Assembly: GCA_028353405.1 (NCBI GenBank) | Contig: JAOMOG010000005.1 | Coordinates: 13,763-77,762 of the forward strand | DNA from: Candidatus Poseidoniaceae archaeon | GTDB taxonomy: Archaea > Thermoplasmatota > Poseidoniia > Poseidoniales > Poseidoniaceae | Length of the DNA: 64,000 nucleotides | Direction of reading: 5' to 3' | Shown: positions 47,272-56,720 of the stretch, piece after piece | How the letters are laid out: every line of letters starts with the position of its first letter | Position numbering within the stretch: the stretch's first letter is position 1 | Notes under the pieces: generated by a model | The model's input: the letters and a program-made list of their open reading frames with translations, nothing else | Told to the model about the DNA's origin: nothing | Database searches by the model: none | Program-made: the position numbers and the translations under genes

Positions 47272-48270
47272 TTATTGGCTTATAGAATCTATTGAATCTA
47301 CAAGTGTTTGTTGGTAATCAGTAAAAACAAAATCAAGTTCCTGTTCAACATTACCAACATCATATCCGATTTGCACACCCAGATTTCCTCGTAATTGTCT
47401 AATGGAAAGTTTGGGGTGGAAAACGGTCATCAAGTAAGCAAAAACCGAAGGTAATTTTCTTGTAGCCCATTTTCTCTCTGGTTTTAATTCCCTCAACGCC
47501 GCACCGATCTCATGCATCCACATACCTCGCTTATGGATGAGATAGCGTTCACCATCTTGGCCATTAGTCAGTGCGCTGACATGGGCTTTTGCAACATCTC
47601 TAACATCAACAAAATTGACATTAATTTTCAAAACGAACGGTGGACCGGAATAAAAATGTTGCAGATAAGACATCGAACCCATCTTATGTCTTTCAGACAA
47701 TATTGGTCCGAAAACAATAGAGGGGTGGATGGTTATTAGCCGGGGTTTTGAATCTCTATCTTGACTTTCTACCCATTGACGCATTACTTTTTCAGCACCC
47801 GCCTTAGCAAGCCCATAGGGATTAGATTTGACAGTCGCATCGTCACACCAATCTGTAACAGAAAAGATAGTTCCGCTTTTATGTGATGTATTTCTAATAG
47901 CGGCAACCGAAGAAGTGTGAACAATTCTCTCAACAACACCTGCTTGTTGCAATGCTTTCACCAAATTACTAGTTCCTTCAATACTGGGGTCTACAATATC
48001 TTTCTGCGCGTCATTAGCTCCAACTGGGAGTGAAGCAGCGCAATGAATAATATCTTTACAATCAGAAACTGCACTACGAACACTGGCGAAATCTAGTAGA
48101 TCCATTGTAACGATTTGAAGAGATGCGCCGTTTGCAACTGGAAGTGAATTAAGAAATATAGCATTTTTTGGGTTGCGTACAGTGGCGCGAACTTGTGCCC
48201 CGGACTGCAATAATTGCGCTACTACGTGGCTGCCGATGAAACCAGCAGCCCCTGTTACTAATACGGGCAT
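47272..48270 (-). CDS. NAD(P)-dependent epimerase/dehydratase-family reductase (dihydroflavonol/cinnamoyl-CoA reductase-like)
   Basis: VLVTGAAGFIGSHVV Rossmann motif and a YGLAK (YxxxK) catalytic motif. Start moved to MPVLVTG (48270). Confidence 0.7.
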   Translation of the reverse strand: MPVLVTGAAGFIGSHVVAQLLQSGAQVRATVRNPKNAIFLNSLPVANGASLQIVTMDLLDFASVRSAVSDCKDIIHCAASLPVGANDAQKDIVDPSIEGTSNLVKALQQAGVVERIVHTSSVAAIRNTSHKSGTIFSVTDWCDDATVKSNPYGLAKAGAEKVMRQWVESQDRDSKPRLITIHPSIVFGPILSERHKMGSMSYLQHFYSGPPFVLKINVNFVDVRDVAKAHVSALTNGQDGERYLIHKRGMWMHEIGAALRELKPERKWATRKLPSVFAYLMTVFHPKLSIRQLRGNLGVQIGYDVGNVEQELDFVFTDYQQTLVDSIDSISQ

Positions 48271-48357
48271 GTAACGCCTTTCCATCAATAGTTCAATAAT
48301 TTACAGGTTGAAATTATTAGCATCACATTGATGAAAGCCGCATTGCAGGGCAAAGTG

Positions 48358-50142
48358 ATGCGCATAGCCTACCTGCTGGTCTCGCTAGTCCTACTGGGGC
48401 CGATGGCAGGGTGTTTTGGTGGAGACTTATCCGGTGCCATTGATGATGATAAAGAGGAGATGTATCCACCGATTTGGCAACGTCACAATCTTGATTGGAA
48501 TTGGACTGATAGTTATTCTTACGTCCTGCAACCAGGACCTCATCATGCCTTAGAAGTTCAAGAGGCAACCTTTGAAGTGGACACTTCTCAGGTTTGGGAA
48601 ACAGGCCCTTCAACCTCAAATATACATCTTTCATATTGGTTACCGTCCAACACGGAGATCGGCGACCAAGTCCCTGTGATCGCAGTAATCAGTCCATACT
48701 TTTCATTCGGCCAACAAGGCTCAGAGTCTGGAGCAACCAATGTCGTAGGTTCGGGGCGGGGCGAATTTATTTACGATAATTTCATTCCACATGGCTATGC
48801 ATTCGCTCAAGTTTCTGTGTTTGGAACCGAGGAATCAAGCGGTTGTTTCGACTATCGTGGAGAAGGTGAAGGATGGGGAATTCATCAAGCAGTGGAATGG
48901 CTAGGAACTCAAAATTGGTCTAATGGAAAAGTCGGCCTATATGGGAAATCATACGAGGGTGCAACTCAATGGGAAGCTGCAGTACATGGTAGTGATTACC
49001 TTGCGACAATAGTTCCAATTTCAGGAACAACTGGATTACATCCTCTGCTTTACAAAAACGGTAGCGCAGAAGCACGAAGTCAAGTAATGCACATGAACTA
49101 TTTTTCAAGCACCGTCGACTATAATGCTGAGGATTTAGATAACATATGTCCCGATATTGTCGAGGGATTCTTTGCAGGGCCAGTCACATACGGAATGGGA
49201 GAACTAGACCCGTATATGTCAAATTATTATGAGGAAAGAGAACATATTTCAAAGGCGCTAAACAACTACCAAGGTAGCGTTTATTGGGTGCAGGGGATGC
49301 AAGATTGGAATGTAGATCCACACCAAGTATTCCCCTGGTATCAGCAATTTAGAGATCAGGGTTTTGAAGTCAGAGGGATGCTTGGTCAATGGGAGCATAA
49401 TTATCCAGACCAATGGAGTAAACATAACGCTCAAGATTCCGGCTATGGTGGTGAAGCGATTGACAACATGACGCGTTGGGATTGGGCCCAAGATTTGTTT
49501 GAATGGTTTGAATACTACCTCAAAGGAGTAGGGCCAAAACCCGATTTAACAGCCCAAATACAGCGAAATGATGGCCAATGGCGCATTGAAGAAACATGGC
49601 CGCCATTAGATGCACAATGGACAACACTAGATCTTTCTGAATGTAGCCAAACTGGAACAAGAGTAGGTGGCGCCCCAGTTATCGGAGGCGGGCTATCTAC
49701 TGTGACCATGGAATGTGGGGCACTAGATGAGCAAATAGATACACTAATTTCAGGATTACTAACCTTGCACTTAGATGTAACAGCAGCAATGGATGGAGGG
49801 CAAATTTTTGTCGAAATGCAGGATGCTGAAAGCGGATTAAGACTTGGTCATGCCACTATGGATATTCGCTATTATCAAGGCGGAAGTGAGCCAACAACAG
49901 TCTTGCCAATGCAGTCTTTAACAATGCTAATGGAATTCCAAGCGATAGATGCAATATTGCCAGCAGGACATGGAATAAGATTGGTAATGACTGAAACTGG
50001 AGAAGATTATCTCGCTCCCGCCTGTGGAGTTTCATGCCCAATCACCGTTAACGGAGGGGCCTTTTCAATTCCACATCTATCACGTGATGATAGTAATGTT
50101 CTCATCACACCCCAAAGCGAAGAAGCAGCGAATAATCAATAG
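48358..50142 (+). CDS. S15-family (CocE/NonD, X-Pro dipeptidyl-peptidase-like) hydrolase, predicted lipoprotein
   Basis: Lipobox-like GPMAGC. LYGKSYEGATQ (GxSYxG nucleophile). ~600 aa with a C-terminal beta-sandwich-sized region. Confidence 0.65.
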   Translation: MRIAYLLVSLVLLGPMAGCFGGDLSGAIDDDKEEMYPPIWQRHNLDWNWTDSYSYVLQPGPHHALEVQEATFEVDTSQVWETGPSTSNIHLSYWLPSNTEIGDQVPVIAVISPYFSFGQQGSESGATNVVGSGRGEFIYDNFIPHGYAFAQVSVFGTEESSGCFDYRGEGEGWGIHQAVEWLGTQNWSNGKVGLYGKSYEGATQWEAAVHGSDYLATIVPISGTTGLHPLLYKNGSAEARSQVMHMNYFSSTVDYNAEDLDNICPDIVEGFFAGPVTYGMGELDPYMSNYYEEREHISKALNNYQGSVYWVQGMQDWNVDPHQVFPWYQQFRDQGFEVRGMLGQWEHNYPDQWSKHNAQDSGYGGEAIDNMTRWDWAQDLFEWFEYYLKGVGPKPDLTAQIQRNDGQWRIEETWPPLDAQWTTLDLSECSQTGTRVGGAPVIGGGLSTVTMECGALDEQIDTLISGLLTLHLDVTAAMDGGQIFVEMQDAESGLRLGHATMDIRYYQGGSEPTTVLPMQSLTMLMEFQAIDAILPAGHGIRLVMTETGEDYLAPACGVSCPITVNGGAFSIPHLSRDDSNVLITPQSEEAANNQ

Positions 50143-50148
50143 TTGCGA

Positions 50149-50718
50149 CTATTGTGAAATATCTCGCAAAGCTCTAACCATATCAATTCTTGAAACCAAA
50201 CCGACCAACCTACCATTTTTGGTTACCAATAATGCTTCTTCATTAGTTAACAATTCACGTGCTTCAGAAATAGAAACATCATAATTGACTACAACTGCAT
50301 TTGCCTGCATTACACTTTGAACCGACCCCATAGTTTGTGCTCCATGGGTCAACAAGCTGGCTTCTGAAACCAGTCCGATTGGAGAGCCACTACCCGATAT
50401 TACTGGTAATTGTGAAACATTACTACCAATCATTTTGTCAATAGCACTTTGAATGGTATCATCAGCAAATAAAGTGATCAAATCTTCAACCATGATGTCG
50501 TTAACAACATGTGGTTGGTCAGGAAATTGCAACCTATTCAAAGCACCCACTATTTTTTTCAGAGTCGAAGCGCGAGGATCTACACTTTCATTCTCAACCT
50601 TGGCGATGACAGATTGAGCAATACCAGATAATTGCGATAATTCAGTTTGGGTCAACCCTAATGATTTCCGACAGCGCTTCAGATGCTTGCCGGTAGGAAT
50701 CTCCATGAGTGATGGCAA
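50149..50718 (-). CDS. XRE-type HTH transcriptional regulator fused to a CBS-domain pair
   Basis: LKRCRKSLGLTQTELSQLSGIAQSVIAKVE is an HTH_3 segment. Two CBS-like repeats follow (VSQLPVISG..., ALLVTKNGRLVGLVSRIDM). Confidence 0.7.
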   Translation of the reverse strand: MPSLMEIPTGKHLKRCRKSLGLTQTELSQLSGIAQSVIAKVENESVDPRASTLKKIVGALNRLQFPDQPHVVNDIMVEDLITLFADDTIQSAIDKMIGSNVSQLPVISGSGSPIGLVSEASLLTHGAQTMGSVQSVMQANAVVVNYDVSISEARELLTNEEALLVTKNGRLVGLVSRIDMVRALRDISQ

Positions 50719-50976
50719 ATAGTCGAAGCAAATTAGTTCACCGCAATTTCGGCGAGGAAATTACACTGCAGATAATCGTAACTTTCAAAATTAATCAATT
50801 GAAAATAGATGGACATTTTTTCTTATCATTTGCATAAGCCACCAAACATAAAATAACCAATATTATAGGCAAATGATTTACTTTAAGCAAAAAAGATATG
50901 CACTTATGCTAACAAATTTGAACAAAAATGAGCGTATGTTTGATATACCGTCTAGCCAACCAACCGTTTGATACCT

Positions 50977-51990
50977 ATGATAGATAAAGCAAAACTGGAA
51001 TATATTTGGCTCGACGGATACAGCCCGACACAAAACATGCGTAGCAAAACTTTGGTACGTGCTGATTTCGAAGGAACTCTTGAAGAATGCCCTATGTGGA
51101 ATTTTGACGGTTCATCAACAAGACAAGCAGAAGGCAACTCATCCGACTGCCTACTAAAGCCGGTAGCAATTTATCCAGACCCACAACGATTCAGCGGTTT
51201 TCTTGTAATGTGTGAAGTAATGAATCCAGATGGAACTCCACATTCAAGTAATGGTAGAGCAACAATCGAAGATGATGATGAAGATTTTTGGTTTGGATTT
51301 GAGCAAGAATACTTCCTTATGGATGCAGAAACACAACTTCCTCTCGGTTTTCCAATGGGCGGTTATCCAGGGCCACAAGGAATGTACTACTGTTCAGTCG
51401 GTGGCAAAAATACGCACGGCAGATCTTTGGTAGAAGAGCACGCAGACCTATGTCTTGATGCAGGAATCAACTTTGAGGGAATCAACCAAGAAGTTGCCTG
51501 TGGTCAGTGGGAATTCCAAATTTTCGCCAAGGGTGCTAAGAAAGCTGGAGATGAGCTTTGGGTTGCCCGGTATCTTCTTGACAGATTGACAGAAAGTTAC
51601 GGTTGTTATATTGAATATCATCCAAAGCCGGTTAAGGGCGATTGGAACGGTTCTGGAATGCATGCTAACTTTTCAGATGGAAAAATGCGTGATGAAGGAG
51701 GAGAGGCCCTGTTCACGAAAATATGCGAAGAATTCGGCAAGAATGTCAAGAAACATATGGATGTTTATGGTGAGTTTAACGACCAAAGATTGACCGGTCT
51801 GCACGAGACACAATCCATTGACCAATTTTCCTTTGGTATATCAGATCGCGGGGCATCCATCAGAATCCCTGTTACTGTTCCCGAAGATGGATGGGTAGGC
51901 CGTCTTGAAGACCGCCGACCTGCTTCAAACGGAGACCCTTACAAGATTGGAGCAGTAATCATTGAGACTACCAAGGCCTCTTACAACTGA
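50977..51990 (+). CDS. glnA: glutamine synthetase, type II (eukaryote-like)
   Basis: EYIWLDG, FGFEQEYF, DWNGSGMHANFS and the ~338 aa length are typical of GSII rather than the archaeal GSI-alpha. Confidence 0.8.
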   Translation: MIDKAKLEYIWLDGYSPTQNMRSKTLVRADFEGTLEECPMWNFDGSSTRQAEGNSSDCLLKPVAIYPDPQRFSGFLVMCEVMNPDGTPHSSNGRATIEDDDEDFWFGFEQEYFLMDAETQLPLGFPMGGYPGPQGMYYCSVGGKNTHGRSLVEEHADLCLDAGINFEGINQEVACGQWEFQIFAKGAKKAGDELWVARYLLDRLTESYGCYIEYHPKPVKGDWNGSGMHANFSDGKMRDEGGEALFTKICEEFGKNVKKHMDVYGEFNDQRLTGLHETQSIDQFSFGISDRGASIRIPVTVPEDGWVGRLEDRRPASNGDPYKIGAVIIETTKASYN

Positions 51991-52319
51991 TCTCTAATTT
52001 CAGATTTATCTTCGCTTCTACGCACGCGTATTACGCCGATGAAAACTGCACCAATTACCGACAAGGTCATGATATTTGCAGCAACCATAGCAAAAGAATC
52101 TACAAGAATTCCATAAATTAGCCACATGGTTAGAGCGATTGCGACTACAGCAAATGTTGTTAGAGACAAACCATCATGACGTTTGTGAACCCATACTTGG
52201 ATGATTTGTGGAATCCAAGCAATAATTCCAATAACGCCGGCTAACAAGCCAAGTGCCTCAACCATCATAGTAGCCATGGGCGATGCCAATAGCCCAACCC
52301 AAATCAAACCTTGTCTCAC
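51981..52319 (-). CDS. PQ-loop / SemiSWEET-like 3-TM protein
   Basis: 112 aa, three TM helices, PQ motif (AWIPQIIQVW). Confidence 0.5.
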   Translation of the reverse strand: MRQGLIWVGLLASPMATMMVEALGLLAGVIGIIAWIPQIIQVWVHKRHDGLSLTTFAVVAIALTMWLIYGILVDSFAMVAANIMTLSVIGAVFIGVIRVRRSEDKSEIRDQL

Positions 52320-53260
52320 TTAGATCTTGGTTTCTCGCCCCATTCTGCGGGTGGCCTTGCAGCAAATACTTTGTTTACAGTGGCCCAATCTACCAATCGT
52401 CTTTCCTTTTCTCCTACAACATGCATTTCCAAGCATAAATCCTTTGCTAAAGTCGCTTCAATATTTTTTGTTCCATGAGATAATTTGACCCGACTTGGTC
52501 TTTTATTGAAGATAGAAAAGAAACCACGTCGATGAGTTGTTTGCACATTCAAATCTTCTTTTCGAAGCTTGAACCAATCATCTACGTCTGAACCTAATCC
52601 CAGTTGAATCAAATCTCCTTTCAAAGTTAATCCCCCATGTAATTCAATCTCATCCCAAGTTGAAAACCCTTCAACTGTTTGTAGGAGATCTTCATTCAAT
52701 TCACCAGGGATAGTCGACTCTAATATTTTTATAAAATCTGTTTCATTAACCATTTCCTGCTTAAAATTCTTAGGGATTTTTGGCCATTCTAGCCTTTGAT
52801 GAGTCATTGCAACGATGACTCTAACCTCTATGCTATCCGTTTGTTTTTGATTGATTCTCTGATGATGAATTTCGTTCAACATTCTCGCCTTTCTAGCGAT
52901 TCTCTCAGCGACCGTACTATGGTTGTGTTCGCTACCATTATTACGATATTGAACAAATTCTTCATCACTATTAATCTCAAATCTTCCAGCCCAATGTTTC
53001 TGTTCTACCACCAGAAGGGTATTGCCTCCAACGATAACCAAGTCAATTTCCCTTCTCCCTCCATCAGCAGGATCTGGAATGCGCACAGATGCAAAAACAT
53101 GCCACCCGTTTGCCTTTCCAGCAGCACGAGATAGTTTTTCTAAACGTAATTCAGACAATTCACCAGCGCGATGAGTATCGTCTGGAGGGTGCTTTTTACA
53201 GCGCGTTCTCCACCAATTAAATTGCTGTAGAAACGACAAAATAATCCCCCATAAAATCAT
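52316..53260 (-). CDS. NERD (nuclease-related domain) protein with uncharacterised C-terminal half
   Basis: RAGELSE...L....GWHVFASVRIP...REIDLVIVGGNTLLVVEQKHWAG fits the NERD pattern (E...D...ExK, PD-(D/E)xK-like). The N-terminal segment is hydrophobic. Confidence 0.55.
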   Translation of the reverse strand: MILWGIILSFLQQFNWWRTRCKKHPPDDTHRAGELSELRLEKLSRAAGKANGWHVFASVRIPDPADGGRREIDLVIVGGNTLLVVEQKHWAGRFEINSDEEFVQYRNNGSEHNHSTVAERIARKARMLNEIHHQRINQKQTDSIEVRVIVAMTHQRLEWPKIPKNFKQEMVNETDFIKILESTIPGELNEDLLQTVEGFSTWDEIELHGGLTLKGDLIQLGLGSDVDDWFKLRKEDLNVQTTHRRGFFSIFNKRPSRVKLSHGTKNIEATLAKDLCLEMHVVGEKERRLVDWATVNKVFAARPPAEWGEKPRSK

Positions 53261-54045
53261 CTAAATAATTCGTCTACAGAATTGACAATGATATCAGGCA
53301 TTTGCTCTGCACCCGTTTCTAAAGAGTCAACATCATTCATTTGCGCTTCACCTGAAAGAACCAGAACTCCGACGCAGCCGGCGCGATTTGCCATCGCAAT
53401 ATCAGTGTATAATCGGTCACCAACCATTGCGCAACGGGCAGGATCTAATCCTAGTTCTTCGATTTTATGAAGAATCATTCCTGCATTTGGTTTTCCTGTA
53501 ATATGAACTGGGTCGACCCCAGTTGTAGTCTTGAACATTGCAAGATATGCACCAACATCTGGCAACCCCCCATCTGGGCTAGGGCAGACCATATCGGGGT
53601 GACTTGCAACCAAAGGAATACCAGCGTGCATGTGTATGCTAGCGGTCATTATTTTGTCATATGTTAATTCTGTATCATAGCCCAGTACAACATATTGAGG
53701 TTTTTCAGACTTTGTTGCAATACCACAATCATGTAACATTTGGGCCATGCCATCAGTACCAACAAGCCAAGTTTCAGTAACATCGTTAGCCTGTAACCAG
53801 GAAAGTAAATCATGTGTTGAAAGTAGAATATCTTGTTGTTCAGCAGGAATATTAAATTTAATCAATTTCTCCTGATATTGGCTAACGGAACGGGATGAGT
53901 TATTTGATAAAAAGAAGCGACGAACTCCTCTATCTTCGCATCGCTGCAAGAATTCCAAAGCACCTTCAATTAGGTCACTACCAAGATATATTGTTCCATC
54001 TAAGTCTAAGAAAATCGCATCAATTTCCTCTAGCCGAGCATCCAT
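53257..54045 (-). CDS. HAD-IIA (NagD-like) phosphatase
   Basis: IFLDLDGTIY (DxDGT), SNNS and GDRLYTDI motifs. Confidence 0.75.
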   Translation of the reverse strand: MDARLEEIDAIFLDLDGTIYLGSDLIEGALEFLQRCEDRGVRRFFLSNNSSRSVSQYQEKLIKFNIPAEQQDILLSTHDLLSWLQANDVTETWLVGTDGMAQMLHDCGIATKSEKPQYVVLGYDTELTYDKIMTASIHMHAGIPLVASHPDMVCPSPDGGLPDVGAYLAMFKTTTGVDPVHITGKPNAGMILHKIEELGLDPARCAMVGDRLYTDIAMANRAGCVGVLVLSGEAQMNDVDSLETGAEQMPDIIVNSVDELFR

Positions 54046-54054
54046 AATATCACC

Positions 54055-55452
54055 TTAGAACATCAAAGTTTTAAACATAAACCAAGGAGAATGAAGATCT
54101 TGTTGAGCTTCTTTACTAGCGATCATTTCGGTCATCATATCTTGAAGCATTGGCTTTTTACTGGCCTTTTTTACGAACCAATTCAATAACCACGCCTTGC
54201 GACTCAACTTTTGCATTCTAAACGAATTGATTAGTTCAGGGCCCAATACCGCCCACAACTCTTTCTGATATTCTGAATGTTCTTTGCCTTCAATAATATG
54301 TCGGGCAGCCATTTCGCCACTAACCAATGCATTACCAACGCCTTCCCCACTAAACGGGTCAACAAGCGTTGCAGCATCTCCGACTAAACGGATGCCGTTA
54401 GCACTCGCTCTACGCGGTTGATTCTCTTCCGATTTACGCGGTGAGCCGAAAGGTAATTGCCAACCCTTTGAAGTTCCAGCAACAATAGTTGCATCAGCAA
54501 AACGCTCTTTGAAAAGAGGGTGATTTGCGATAACATCAGCTTGCAATGCCTTTAATTTCTTCTTTTGCTTATCCATCAGAGACATTACCATGCCAATACC
54601 AACATTGACAACTCCTTCAGAAACAGGGAATAGCCAAAAGTAACCAGGGATTACAGTATCAACAAAATGAATTTCAATATCGCCTGCAGAATCTCCAATA
54701 TCTTTCACACCAGTCCAATACTCTCTATATCCGGCACAGTAGTGTGTACGGTCAACCATTTTTTCTGAATATGTATCTTCAACTAAACTTACAGCTACAG
54801 GGCAGCGATATCCAGCAGCGCCAACCAATTGGCGAGAATGGAATGTCAATTCTTCACCACCACGGCCGCCAACTCTCACCACAACTCCACTAGCATGTCG
54901 CGACTCTTTTGAGCCAGAGCCAGGGTCATCACCACCACAATCATCATCGTAGAGAACTTCTCTAACCTCGCCACCTTGCAAGACCATTCCACCAGCATCA
55001 CGAACTAGTTTTTGACAAGCATCGAATAACAGATGATCAAATTGGGAACGTGGCAGTGAATAACCAGCCTCCATTTTTTCAACTTCTTCCTCTGGAAGAG
55101 GAACTCTAACGATATGTCCTTTTGGACTGGAGAATTTAATCCCAGTTACTCGAAAATGAGGAGTGGCCTCAAGAATTTCTTTGACCCCTAACTCTTGAAC
55201 ATGTCCAAGCGATTTTCCGCCAACTGCGTCGCCACATATTTTATCGCGTGGCCAAACACTCTTTTCGATGAATAGGACCTTCTTTCCACCCTTAGCAAGA
55301 TATCCCGCAGCGGAAGCCCCACCAGGGCCTCCACCAACTACAATTGCGTCAAAAGTAGCGTTATTTTCAGGTGAAGGGCCACTGTCAATTGGTTGCTCCC
55401 ACACACGCGGAGCCGACACCTTCTCATCGGACATATCAATCACAGAACACAT
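54055..55452 (-). CDS. geranylgeranyl reductase family flavoprotein
   Basis: DAIVVGGGPGGASAAGYLA FAD motif, CGDAVG, and VGDAATLVDPFSGEG, typical of GGR. Confidence 0.8.
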   Translation of the reverse strand: MCSVIDMSDEKVSAPRVWEQPIDSGPSPENNATFDAIVVGGGPGGASAAGYLAKGGKKVLFIEKSVWPRDKICGDAVGGKSLGHVQELGVKEILEATPHFRVTGIKFSSPKGHIVRVPLPEEEVEKMEAGYSLPRSQFDHLLFDACQKLVRDAGGMVLQGGEVREVLYDDDCGGDDPGSGSKESRHASGVVVRVGGRGGEELTFHSRQLVGAAGYRCPVAVSLVEDTYSEKMVDRTHYCAGYREYWTGVKDIGDSAGDIEIHFVDTVIPGYFWLFPVSEGVVNVGIGMVMSLMDKQKKKLKALQADVIANHPLFKERFADATIVAGTSKGWQLPFGSPRKSEENQPRRASANGIRLVGDAATLVDPFSGEGVGNALVSGEMAARHIIEGKEHSEYQKELWAVLGPELINSFRMQKLSRKAWLLNWFVKKASKKPMLQDMMTEMIASKEAQQDLHSPWFMFKTLMF

Positions 55453-55551
55453 TCACTCCTTGAGGCTATTTGTTGGCAACTATGGTAGAGGGAGATAATC
55501 CAACCTTCATTTTGATGCCATAGACTGGCTTTATCAAAAGCACTCATCAAT

Positions 55552-56469
55552 TCAAAATGGCAATTCTTTATCGAGTCTCTCAGTCATCTCAAGATATCTA
55601 TCAGTATGTTCAGTATTTGGTAAATTGATAACAAATTGCCAATAACGCCATGCGGCAATTGAAAGAGTTGCCAAACGATGTAAGGCTGGTAAAGCATTAA
55701 TTTCAGCATCATTCAATTTCCTTATCGACTGATATCCAGATAGTAAAGAATCCCAGCGTTCAGATACCGGTTGACCATTTTCCCAACCAAATCCAACAAA
55801 TGTCATAACCAAATCGAAAGCCAAGACATCATAACATATTTCTTCAAAATCAAGTAATGATTTGACCTTTTCTTTAGTTCCGATGACATTATCGGGAAAT
55901 AAATCTCCGTGTATTATTCCCTTCGGCAAATCTTGACCTATGCTCTCAGCTAGTAGAGTGTTCTCAGTTTGTAGCATATTTAGAAAATCAGTCCAGCCAT
56001 GAGTTTCGTTTGCGATTGAAAATAATTTCTCAAAAAGGGTATTACCCATTGAGAAATTACTCTTTAGGCCCTTAGGGGGTTTTAGCAGATGTAAATTGGC
56101 TTGGATCATGCCAAGTGAGTATAGTGACGAATGATTGGATTCTAGCCACTGTCCTTCTACAAAGGGCAGAAGTGTCCATGCTAAGCCATCTTTAATCATC
56201 ATTAATTCACCATTCTTAAATTTGATAGGAGTGGCAGTCGGGACTCCATTATTAGCCAAATAAGATGTCATCGTTAGTAAATATTCAACTTCTTCTAGCG
56301 ATTGTTCATTCCATATCTTCAATACTAGTTTAGTATTATCTTTTAGAGTCAAAATGTAGTTGGAATTAGCCCAGCCTCCTGCTAATTTTTCAATACTAAG
56401 TAATTCTGACAGACCTGTGGCTTCAACAATCGCTGAAGCGTCATCAAGTGATACTTCTGTGTAAGCCAT
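55552..56469 (-). CDS. aminoglycoside phosphotransferase-fold kinase (homoserine kinase type II-like); its 5' 173 nt lie inside the left direct repeat
   Basis: IIHGDLFPDNV (Brenner HxDxxxxN) and LLDFEE (DFG-equivalent). 305 aa. Confidence 0.7.
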   Translation of the reverse strand: MAYTEVSLDDASAIVEATGLSELLSIEKLAGGWANSNYILTLKDNTKLVLKIWNEQSLEEVEYLLTMTSYLANNGVPTATPIKFKNGELMMIKDGLAWTLLPFVEGQWLESNHSSLYSLGMIQANLHLLKPPKGLKSNFSMGNTLFEKLFSIANETHGWTDFLNMLQTENTLLAESIGQDLPKGIIHGDLFPDNVIGTKEKVKSLLDFEEICYDVLAFDLVMTFVGFGWENGQPVSERWDSLLSGYQSIRKLNDAEINALPALHRLATLSIAAWRYWQFVINLPNTEHTDRYLEMTERLDKELPF

Positions 56470-56538
56470 ATAGTGCCCCTAACTCAATTTCTTTTTCTTT
56501 TTATCTATTGGATACGCCGATATTTACAGAGATGAACC
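56297..56538. repeat. left copy of 242-bp direct repeat (kinase gene 5' end plus upstream region)
   Basis: Aligned by eye with 62584..62825 at a constant offset of 6287 nt. In 56297-56470 there is one mismatch (56377 T vs 62664 C, synonymous Gly). Positions 56471-56538 are ~75-80% identical with two 1-nt indels. Confidence 0.9.
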
Positions 56539-56720
56539 TTTCTTGCTATGGGTGCCCCCTGAGTCAAACCACATAAAACAGAGGTAAAATGACTTTTTGC
56601 CGAATTGAATTCTTTAAAAGGAGTGATGTATTGTGGAGTTTTAGAGGGACAGGCCCATCCTAAAATAGAAACTTGAAAACACTACCCATTGTTTGAGATA
56701 TCAGAAAATACTAGATTATT

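Noticed and set aside
56580-56720. TATA-like elements (TTTAAAA at 56613-56619, TAAAATA at 56661-56667) as the island operon promoter
   Set aside because: They are plausible, but AT-rich sequence gives many such matches and I cannot place a transcription start. I did not report them as features.
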